This document shows positions 1 to 7,160 of a stretch of 64,000 nt of DNA, in pieces. Location of the stretch: positions 82 through 64,081 of the forward strand of contig CAZDYI010000073.1 in the NCBI GenBank assembly GCA_964509765.1, read 5' to 3'. A program made the translations under genes and the position numbers. Origin of the DNA: an uncultured Gammaproteobacteria bacterium (GTDB lineage: Bacteria > Pseudomonadota > Gammaproteobacteria > Tethybacterales > Tethybacteraceae). Each line of letters begins with the position of its first letter. Positions within the stretch are counted from its first letter, which is position 1. Below the pieces are notes generated by a model. That model saw nothing but the letters and a program-made list of their open reading frames with translations, made no database searches and was not told the origin of the DNA.

Positions 1-224
1 AAGGCGCAGCCGGCGAAGATGATCCAGACCCACAGCACGAGGCAGAACTCGAGCGTCCACCCGTAGTGGGCCGGGTTTAGGAACGGGGCCGCCTCGGCGA
101 TCCACTCCAGCTTGGCCGTGTAGCGGATCGTGATCTGCAGGATGAAGGTGCAGAACATCAGCGCGACCAGGGCGCCGAGGAAGGCCTCGGCTCCCCGGCG
201 CAGGACGGTCAGGGCCTTGTTCAC
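1..224 (-). CDS. TRAP-type transporter small permease (DctQ-like), N-terminal fragment cut by window edge
   Basis: Manual minus-strand translation from GTG at 222-224 gives VNKALTVLRRGAEAFLGALVALMFCTFILQITIRYTAKLEWIAEAAPFLNPAHYGWTLEFCLVLWVWIIFAGCA. This TM-rich N-terminus resembles the DctQ family. It is absent from the ORF track because it runs off the edge. Confidence 0.5.
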   Translation of the reverse strand, partial: MNKALTVLRRGAEAFLGALVALMFCTFILQITIRYTAKLEWIAEAAPFLNPAHYGWTLEFCLVLWVWIIFAGCA

Positions 225-272
225 TTGCGTTGCCTCAGGAAGTGGCAGGTGGAAGGCGCGACCCGGCAGTCG

Positions 273-1133
273 CTAGCTGGCCGTCCCTTGGCTGCTGAAC
301 AGCGTTTTTCTGTCGCCTTCGCCGAGCTGCTCGAGTGGCGGGCGCACCCGCTCCCAGGCCGGGTTGCCGCTGGTTTTCGCCATCACGGCCTTGAGCGACG
401 GGATCACAGGCACCGAGACGATGCGGGTGATCTCCTCGATCAGCACGGGGTCGTCAGTCTTGGATTCGTACAGCTGCTTGACTTTCTCGGGGTATATGTT
501 TGTCGTCCCGCTGATGGTGCCCGCTCCCCCTGCGGCGGCGGACTTCGCGAGCATCCTCTCGTCGCCGACTAGCACCGGCAGCGCGCCCTGGTCGATGAGC
601 GCCTTGGTGTTCTCCCAGTCGCTCGAGCTGTCCTTGATCGCGCGCAGCCTGTCACCGAACCGCTCCTTCAGCTGCGCGACGAGCTCGAGGGAGATCGCAA
701 CCTCGGTGACCTGGGGTATGTGGTAGAGGATGAGGCGCGCGGCGGGGTCGGTCCGCTCGAGAAGCCTGCTGTGCCACTCAAGGTGGCCCCGGTCGCCGCA
801 GTCCTTGAAGTAGAAGTGCGGCGGGACGAGGAAGCTCGTTATCCCGGCCGACAGCCCCTCGCGCGCCTGCTCGGCGGCGTCGCCTGTTGACGTCGCGCAA
901 AGCCCGAGGTTGATGCGGTCGGCGGGGCAGCCGGCGCCGAGCAGGGCCTCGATCGCCGCGGGGCGCTCCACCCGCGAGACCGAGGCGGCCTCGCCGGTGG
1001 TCCCGAACAGCGTGACGCTCTCAATTCCGCTGTCGAGCAGGCCCTTGGCGTGCGCGGCGAGAAGCCCTTCGTCGATGCTGCCGTCATCGGCAAACGGCGT
1101 GAGAAGGGCCGCGGAGACTCCGAGTCTTTCCAT
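273..1133 (-). CDS. DapA/NanA-family class I aldolase (dihydrodipicolinate synthase family protein)
   Basis: 286-aa ORF with family-typical blocks: SAALLTPF...DEGLLAAHAKGLLDSGIESVTLFGTTGEA and AIKDSSSD (Schiff-base Lys context). It lies directly upstream of the TRAP permease fragment on the same strand. Confidence 0.8.
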   Translation of the reverse strand: MERLGVSAALLTPFADDGSIDEGLLAAHAKGLLDSGIESVTLFGTTGEAASVSRVERPAAIEALLGAGCPADRINLGLCATSTGDAAEQAREGLSAGITSFLVPPHFYFKDCGDRGHLEWHSRLLERTDPAARLILYHIPQVTEVAISLELVAQLKERFGDRLRAIKDSSSDWENTKALIDQGALPVLVGDERMLAKSAAAGGAGTISGTTNIYPEKVKQLYESKTDDPVLIEEITRIVSVPVIPSLKAVMAKTSGNPAWERVRPPLEQLGEGDRKTLFSSQGTAS

Positions 1134-1257
1134 GACATAAATTATCAGCGGTAAGAAGTGGTTGTTTCCAACACGATGATATTATCGGAAAACGTAGAAC
1201 CCGGTGTTGGTAGATGTGAATATGTGACTGTATTTGCTCGGTAGCGAGTGCAAGCAA

Positions 1258-2469
1258 TTACTGATCTGGAAAAAGGCCCGGCATCCAGCGACCTGCAAGT
1301 TTGGCAGGAAAGGCCAGTTGTAATGGGGCGCGAGTACTCGTTGAGGTTAGGGCACCGCAATCGACTAGCGCGGAAGTAATTCGGCGAGCAGTACGTTCGT
1401 TAACCCCAAGTAATTTTGCAACTTCAGCTCGCGGAATAAACCCTTGTAACAAAACTGTGCTGAGGACTGTTCCGACTTTTGCTGGAAGTGTGCCTCTGTA
1501 GAATTCTTCCTCGGCCCAGATTAGGATGCGTTTTCGAAGTAAATCGGGTCTCATCAGTCCTTCCATGAAGTTTACTTGGTCGATGCAACAATTCAGGAAA
1601 AAACGGGCAAAATCGGCAAGTGCTTCTTCGGAGAGCCCTTCTCTATCAACGCCGATTTCTTTGTTGGTTGCATCGCATTCCATGAGAAGCCTTTTGTACT
1701 CATCTACATTTCGCGCAAGCCCCCGAGCTATTGACCAAAGCCCATTATTGCCTAATTCTTCCAGAAGCATCGCATAGGACATCAGTCGAGTGACGCGGCC
1801 ATTTCCATCAGGAAAGGGGTGGATCCAAACAAGGCGATGGTGAGCATAGGCAACTGCTAGAATTTTATCGATGCGACTCAATTGTGGAGATGAATAGGCA
1901 TCATGAAAACGATTCATAAAGCGAGGGACTGCACCAGGACTAATGGCGATGTGAAAGCCTACCTTCACACCTCCAGTGCGAAATTGACCAGGAATAATCG
2001 GGACCATTTCGCCTGTATTTCGATTTAATTGCTTGAGTAGGTCTGGCGGCAGTAGTTTACAAAATCTCATGTGGATCTCTCGAATGGAGTCAGGATTGGT
2101 TGCTCCCCCTTGTAACCCTCCCTCATCGATCCATTTCTGAACTGCTATGTGGGCTTTAGCCTCTAGTTGCAGATTGCGATTTTTTATGTCGTCACTGAAG
2201 TCGTTGTTCAGTGCACGCTCAATGTCAACAGGATGTGTGTGATGACCTTCAATCAGGTTGCTGTAGTAGCAGTTCATTGACCGGATTAACACGGACAATG
2301 AACCGGCTATTGATTCCGGCAACGATGCTCGAAATTCCGTCGAGCGTATCGCCAGTGTCAGGGCTAGATCGTCCAGTCCTGATCTGAACTCCGAGGAAAT
2401 GCCAAGTGATAATGGCTCAAACTGCCCGATGGGTTCGCCATCGTCCTTGGTTTCTGTAATTGTAGACAT
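1258..2469 (-). CDS. Fic family protein (AMPylase-type, with C-terminal wHTH-like region)
   Basis: 403 aa. Fic motif HPFPDGNGRVTR and upstream inhibitory-type motif SNLIEG ([ST]xxxE[GN]). C-terminal LLGVNERTARRITSALVDCGAL looks HTH-like. AAGGAA Shine-Dalgarno before the ATG. Markedly AT-richer than its neighbours. Confidence 0.9.
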   Translation of the reverse strand: MSTITETKDDGEPIGQFEPLSLGISSEFRSGLDDLALTLAIRSTEFRASLPESIAGSLSVLIRSMNCYYSNLIEGHHTHPVDIERALNNDFSDDIKNRNLQLEAKAHIAVQKWIDEGGLQGGATNPDSIREIHMRFCKLLPPDLLKQLNRNTGEMVPIIPGQFRTGGVKVGFHIAISPGAVPRFMNRFHDAYSSPQLSRIDKILAVAYAHHRLVWIHPFPDGNGRVTRLMSYAMLLEELGNNGLWSIARGLARNVDEYKRLLMECDATNKEIGVDREGLSEEALADFARFFLNCCIDQVNFMEGLMRPDLLRKRILIWAEEEFYRGTLPAKVGTVLSTVLLQGFIPRAEVAKLLGVNERTARRITSALVDCGALTSTSTRAPLQLAFPAKLAGRWMPGLFPDQ

Positions 2470-2589
2470 CTGTCCGGTTCCTTGGCCGGTTAATTGACCG
2501 GTTTGTCGTTCGACAACTCGGGGTGATATTGTATATTACTCCATACAGTTAGAGGGACAGAAGAAAATTATGTATGGTCAAAATGTCCA

Positions 2590-2613
2590 CTTTAATGACC
2601 GCTTTAATGACCG
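2590..2613. repeat. Perfect 12-bp tandem direct repeat CTTTAATGACCG x2
   Basis: Read directly at 2590-2601 and 2602-2613, in the AT-rich spacer between coxC and the Fic gene. Confidence 0.7.
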
Positions 2614-2719
2614 CTTGCCAAGCCACAAATAATTCAATATATTCAAAATATATATGCAATATGGCTGGTTATTACCGATTGTGGGGTTCTGGGATTGCTT
2701 TGATCCCAGAGTTGGGCAG

Positions 2720-3598
2720 CTACAGCCAGTAGACGACCATGAACAGCCCGAGCCAGACGACGTCGACGAAGTGCCAGTACCACGCCACTGCCTCGAAGCC
2801 GAAGTGGTTGTTCGGCGTGAAGTGCCCCTTGAGGCACCTTATGAGTATGACGATAAGCGAGATCGTCCCGATGGTCACGTGGAAGCCGTGGAACCCCGTG
2901 AGCATGAAGAACGTCGACCCGTAGATCCCCGAGTCGAGCCGGAGGTTCAGGTCGGCGTAGGCATGCGCGTACTCGGCGGCCTGCAGGGCGAGGAACGCGA
3001 TGCCCAAGAGGACGGTGGCCGCCATCCACAGGGAGAGCGCGCCGCGCTTGTTGAGCTTGAGCGCCCAGTGGGCGAGGGTGATCGTCACGCCCGAGGTCAG
3101 GAGCACCGCGGTGTTGACAAGCGGCACGCCGAACGCAGGGATGGTCTCGAAGTCGACCTGGCGGTAGGGGCCCATAGTCGGCCAGGTCGCCTGGAAGCCC
3201 GGCCATATCGTCCGCGAGACCTCGGTGGCGAGGTCGGGCACCGAGATGCCGCGGGCGTAGAACAGCGCGCCGAAGAAGCCGGCGAAGAACATCACCTCCG
3301 AGAAGATGAACCACATCATCCCCCAGCGGAACGAGACGTCCTCCCAGGCGACGTACTTGCCGCCCTCGCTCTCGCCGATGACGTCCGACCACCAGCCGTA
3401 GGAGTTCGCTATCAGCCAGAGCAGGCCGAGCCCGGACACGACCAGCCCGCCCGCGATCGAGTTGAACACCATCGCGAAGCCGACGACGAGCACCGTCGCC
3501 GACAGCGCGGTCAGCAGCGGCCACCTCGAGGGCTTGGGGACGTAGTACTCGTCCTCGAACCCGTAGGTCTGGATGGTCGGGTCTATGCTGTGCGACAT
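2720..3598 (-). CDS. coxC: Cytochrome c oxidase subunit III
   Basis: 292 aa polytopic protein. C-terminal FHGFHVTIGT...FEAVAWYWHFVDVVWLGLF is the Cox3 hallmark. Confidence 0.9.
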   Translation of the reverse strand: MSHSIDPTIQTYGFEDEYYVPKPSRWPLLTALSATVLVVGFAMVFNSIAGGLVVSGLGLLWLIANSYGWWSDVIGESEGGKYVAWEDVSFRWGMMWFIFSEVMFFAGFFGALFYARGISVPDLATEVSRTIWPGFQATWPTMGPYRQVDFETIPAFGVPLVNTAVLLTSGVTITLAHWALKLNKRGALSLWMAATVLLGIAFLALQAAEYAHAYADLNLRLDSGIYGSTFFMLTGFHGFHVTIGTISLIVILIRCLKGHFTPNNHFGFEAVAWYWHFVDVVWLGLFMVVYWL

Positions 3599-3665
3599 GC
3601 TTCGTCCTTGCTCAACCTGGTCTGGTTTTCGTAGGACGCACGGAAGCGTCCAACCGGCGGGACGG

Positions 3666-3671
3666 ATTCTA
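3666..3671 (-). promoter_or_regulatory. Putative -10 box TAGAAT upstream of coxC
   Basis: Minus strand reads GGTTAGAATCC, 68 nt upstream of the coxC ATG. It belongs to a recurrent TAGAAT motif set seen in this window. Confidence 0.3.
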
Positions 3672-3768
3672 ACCTGTGCCGTCCGGCCATCAGTGTAACA
3701 GGCAAGGCAGGGGAAGTTGATTCCTGTTATATGTCATTGATTTCGCGGTTCTGCTGTAGACCGAAGTC

Positions 3769-4215
3769 TCATTCCTCATAGTCATAGTCCGGCGAGTACA
3801 TTTCCAAACCGCTCTCATAACTCTCCTTCCGAACCAGCCTCGCCTCTTCCGTGGGTCCTATCTCGATGTGAAGAATTTGCAGCGAGTACACCAACTCTCT
3901 GATCACCACATGCCGGGTTTCGCGCTGGGTGGTGTAGGACGCGCTCAACAGGCATGCCGCCCGATGACGCCAGTGCTCACGGGACAGCACGCTGTTGCTG
4001 TTTGGCGGAGAGGACTCCCAGTCCTTCGGAATTGCGTCCTCGATCTGCAGAGCCATTCCCCGCGCAGCTCCGCTTTGCAGCAGAAACTTTGGGGGAACAT
4101 TGTCGATCATGAGCAAGCAATCGCCCAATACATCCACTATCTTGGCTCGGTCTGCTTCGCGCAGTTTGGCTCCGTAGCCTTCGATCTCGTAGCTGCGAAG
4201 CTTCACTTTCTCCAC
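3769..4215 (-). CDS. Hypothetical protein (148 aa), immediately downstream of the second Fic gene
   Basis: GTG start preceded by a perfect AAGGAGGA Shine-Dalgarno 6 nt upstream. No family recognised. 55 nt after the Fic stop on the same strand. Confidence 0.6.
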   Translation of the reverse strand: MEKVKLRSYEIEGYGAKLREADRAKIVDVLGDCLLMIDNVPPKFLLQSGAARGMALQIEDAIPKDWESSPPNSNSVLSREHWRHRAACLLSASYTTQRETRHVVIRELVYSLQILHIEIGPTEEARLVRKESYESGLEMYSPDYDYEE

Positions 4216-4270
4216 GGCCGATCCTCCTTGGTAAGTCAGTTGCCGCTCAAGATGGCCCTTGCCGCCGGCG

Positions 4271-5461
4271 TCACTTGTCCGGCGCGTGAAGTTCGGGCCG
4301 GACGAACACTGTGAATGTGTGCAGCCTGCTCGGATCGACGTCCCAGTTCCCCAGCTGCCACATCAGTTCCCTGAACAGATAGAGGTCCGGCTTGGAGCCA
4401 TTGCCGTTCTCGTTTGCCTCGGTGATTTTCGCATCGCGGAGCTGATCGGCTATCCGTCGGCAAGCTACCCTGGACATGCCGGTTGCTTCTGCCATGTCGG
4501 AAACCCTGAACACCGGCGACGAGAACAGGAAGCGGATCACCTGCATGTGGTTCTTCGGAGACATCATCGCGACAGGTTCGGCAAGCCAGGTCCGCAGCTC
4601 GAGCAATAGCTCAGTGGCCGATCGCGTGGACTCTGCCTGGTCCCGGATGCCCTCGAGGAAGTACTTGCACCAGTCCGTCCACGCCCCTTTTTCGGATATA
4701 CCGCGCAAGCCGCTGTAGTACTTCCGCCTGTATCCGTCCAGATACAGGCTCAGGAACAGCGCCGGCTTGCCCAGCAGCTTGCTGTTGCGCGCCATCAAGG
4801 GAACCAGCATGCGCCCGGTCCTGCCGTTTCCGTCGACGAAGGGGTGGATGCCCTCGAACTCAGCGTGGGCCAGGGCTATCGCTATCAGCGGGTCGAAATC
4901 TCCGCCGACCTGATTGTTTACGAAATCGAGCAGGCGCTCCATCAGTCCCCGTACCCTTTCAGGAGGAGGGGGAAAGTAACTGTCCTGGTCGAAAGGGCCG
5001 AGGCGCGGATTGCCAATCCAGTTCTGGATCGTGCGGAACCGCCCCGGCTGCTTGTCGCGGCCGCGCTCGCCCCGCATCAGCGCCGCATGGGTTTTGCAAA
5101 GCACATCAGGAGTGAGTGCTCCGCTGATGCCAATGCCTTCGGCGGCAAGCCTAAGGGCGTCCATGCAGTTGAGGACCTCTTCGGCGTCACCGCGCTCGTG
5201 CTCGGAATAGCCCCGCCCTCGCAAGGCACGTATCATCATTGTCTGCACGGCATCGGAGTTGATCCCCTCGATCCTCGACGAGCGCACGGCCTCGATCAGC
5301 TCGAGAGGAGCTAGCAGCATCTCCGGGTCTGGAGTGGTGTCGAGCAGGTCAGCGAGACTGCCGAGAGCACGGCTTGCCTCCCCCACCAGCGGAAGCAGGG
5401 ATGCCACATCGAGGTTCTCCGGAGGAAATCCGTTCTCATTGTAATGGACTGGGTTCGCCAT
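4271..5461 (-). CDS. Fic family protein (AMPylase-type, with C-terminal HTH-like region)
   Basis: Fic motif HPFVDGNGRTGR and inhibitory-type motif SSRIEG. C-terminal VSDMAEATGMSRVACRRIADQLRDA looks HTH-like. Start placed at MANPVHY (5461, GAAAGAAAGG upstream); the ORF also opens at 5497. Confidence 0.9.
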   Translation of the reverse strand: MANPVHYNENGFPPENLDVASLLPLVGEASRALGSLADLLDTTPDPEMLLAPLELIEAVRSSRIEGINSDAVQTMMIRALRGRGYSEHERGDAEEVLNCMDALRLAAEGIGISGALTPDVLCKTHAALMRGERGRDKQPGRFRTIQNWIGNPRLGPFDQDSYFPPPPERVRGLMERLLDFVNNQVGGDFDPLIAIALAHAEFEGIHPFVDGNGRTGRMLVPLMARNSKLLGKPALFLSLYLDGYRRKYYSGLRGISEKGAWTDWCKYFLEGIRDQAESTRSATELLLELRTWLAEPVAMMSPKNHMQVIRFLFSSPVFRVSDMAEATGMSRVACRRIADQLRDAKITEANENGNGSKPDLYLFRELMWQLGNWDVDPSRLHTFTVFVRPELHAPDK

Positions 5462-5840
5462 GCCTTTCTTTCGTGCCGCCCCAGTTGGCAAATGCATAAC
5501 GCAACCGCAATATCGGCAGAAAATCGCCCGCCGAATGCGGCCAAGTCAGTTGCGCGGGACGCCTTCCCTGCATGTTATTGCATGTTGGAAGCGAAAATCA
5601 AGTTATTTCCTGTGTTCGGATAGAAAACAGCGGAAAATGTCAGATTTATTCACTCGAACTATTCGCAACGTTTCCGGAATCGGCATTCTAGCCTGAGTAA
5701 TTTAAATCCCATTCCGCATACTGCTCGAACGGCATTTCGCATATTGTGGAAGGCTTTCTCACTGCAAATCATATTGAATTCTGCCTTACTTGCTGTGTGA
5801 GCCGAGTGCCAGAATGCGCTTCTCCGTCAGCAACGCCATG

Positions 5841-5863
5841 CCAGGCGAGCCGCAGTCGCCTGG
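5841..5863 (-). terminator. Hairpin downstream of the outer-membrane protein gene (possible terminator)
   Basis: CCAGGCGA-GCCGCAG-TCGCCTGG, an 8-bp perfect stem 36 nt after the stop at 5899. No clear U-tract. Confidence 0.3.
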
Positions 5864-5898
5864 CGTCATAACTTGGTTCGGCTAGTTTTCTTCTGCTG

Positions 5899-6473
5899 TC
5901 AGAAGTATCGCTGGAAGCTCACCCAGAAGATGTTGGTTGAGATCCCGTCGGCGTCGACGATGCGCCAGTCAGCGCGAAGGGACGAGTTGTCGCTCATCTC
6001 CCGCTCGACGCCCACGCCGAACGTGATGTCGTTGCCGTCGGACTCGGCCGAAACGTTCATCGGAACCACGTTGGTTGTGGTTACCTCGTAGTCCCAGAAC
6101 ATCATCCCGACATGCCCGAACACGGTCATCTGGTCCGTCTTGTGCTTGATCAGCATTCCCGGGTTCAGGCCGGAAAAGGTCGCCTCGAAATTGACTGCGC
6201 CCAGGTTGCCTTCGACTTCCGTACCCTGGAAGTACGCAAGCTCGAACGCCAGGTTCTCGTTGAATTCGTACCCTCCGTAGAGCACTCCCCCGAACGAGCT
6301 GTCGTCGAGTTCGCCTGTTACGGTGTTGCCGCCAACCGTGAGCGTGTCCTCGCCGTCGTAGGAGCCGAATCCTCCTCCTGCGCCGACGTAGGCCCTTGGC
6401 TCAGCACCTAGAAGGGGGGGGGGGCAACTGCCAGTAGCGTCAGCAGCCCGATAAGGAACCTGAAGTGTTTCAT
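5899..6473 (-). CDS. Small outer-membrane beta-barrel protein (OmpX/Opa/OmpA-N-like), reading frame interrupted at a C11 tract in the signal peptide
   Basis: The mature part (AEPRAYVGAGGGFGSY...NIFWVSFQRYF) has alternating beta-strand patterns and a terminal Phe. ATG at 6473 with a GGGAG Shine-Dalgarno encodes MKHFRFLIGLLTLLAVAPPP, then hits TAG after the 11 C. 9 or 12 C would restore one 191-aa ORF. Confidence 0.75.
6414..6424 (-). repeat. Homopolymer tract C11 (coding strand) inside the signal-peptide codons
   Basis: Counted directly: G at 6414-6424 on the plus strand. Confidence 0.95.
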
Positions 6474-6502
6474 TGCGCGTTCTCCCTTGGAGATTTCGCG
6501 TC

Positions 6503-6508
6503 ATTATA
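6503..6508 (-). promoter_or_regulatory. Putative -10 box TATAAT for the outer-membrane protein gene
   Basis: Minus strand reads GAAAGTATAATGACG, 30 nt upstream of the ATG at 6473. Confidence 0.4.
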
Positions 6509-6527
6509 CTTTCTTCAAGCCGGTGCC

Positions 6528-7067
6528 TCAGTGCGCCGTGTGTCCGTCCGCCCCTTCCTTCGGGAAGAAGGTGTACGACAGCGAGACCACCTCGATGTCG
6601 GCGGGGATGTCGCGGTCGACGATGAAAACCACCGGGTCCACCCGCGCCTCGTTGGGCATGAGGTCGACCTCCTCGAAGCAGAAGCAGTGGAGCTTCCTGA
6701 CCCACTTCCCAGCGCGCTGCGGGCTGTACGACGGCACCGCCGTTCCTGTTACGTGCCGGTCGGTCAGGTTGCTTATCTCGTAGGCTACCTTGTAGGCGGT
6801 GCCGGTGTCTAGCCTGGTCGTGCGCAGGTCCGGGCTCATCGCGACGAGGTCGTTGTGGGAGTTCGCGTCGAACTCCATCCGCAGCGGGCGGACCGCGGCC
6901 TCGCCACGGGTTACCTCCTTGTAGACCTCGACTGTCGCGACGTCGATCCCGAGCGCCGCGCACAGGCGGTAGTAGAGCGGGACCATCGCGTAGCCGAAGC
7001 CGAACATCGCCGCCGCAATAGCGGTCGCGGCGATCGCGGTCTTCGGCTTGGTGAGCGAGAACCTCAT
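6528..7067 (-). CDS. ctaG: Cytochrome c oxidase assembly protein CtaG/Cox11
   Basis: These are the last 179 aa of the 478-aa track ORF: MRFSLTKPKTAIAATAIAAAMFGFGYAMVPLYY...KLHCFCFEE...VSLSYTFFP, a Cox11 pattern with an N-terminal TM anchor. ATG verified at 7065-7067. Confidence 0.9.
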   Translation of the reverse strand: MRFSLTKPKTAIAATAIAAAMFGFGYAMVPLYYRLCAALGIDVATVEVYKEVTRGEAAVRPLRMEFDANSHNDLVAMSPDLRTTRLDTGTAYKVAYEISNLTDRHVTGTAVPSYSPQRAGKWVRKLHCFCFEEVDLMPNEARVDPVVFIVDRDIPADIEVVSLSYTFFPKEGADGHTAH

Positions 7068-7090
7068 CGAATTGCCCTTCCCCTTCGCTG

Positions 7091-7100
7091 ATTCTAGCCA
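7091..7100 (-). promoter_or_regulatory. Putative -10 element TGGCTAGAAT upstream of ctaG
   Basis: Minus strand reads GCTTGGCTAGAATCAGCG, 24 nt upstream of the ctaG ATG. The same 10-mer occurs at 28078-28087 and 29351-29360. Confidence 0.35.
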
Positions 7101-7160
7101 AGCGGCGCAAGGCTTCGCGCATGCCTGCGCGCAAAGCCAGTGGATAGAATTCCGCCCGCC

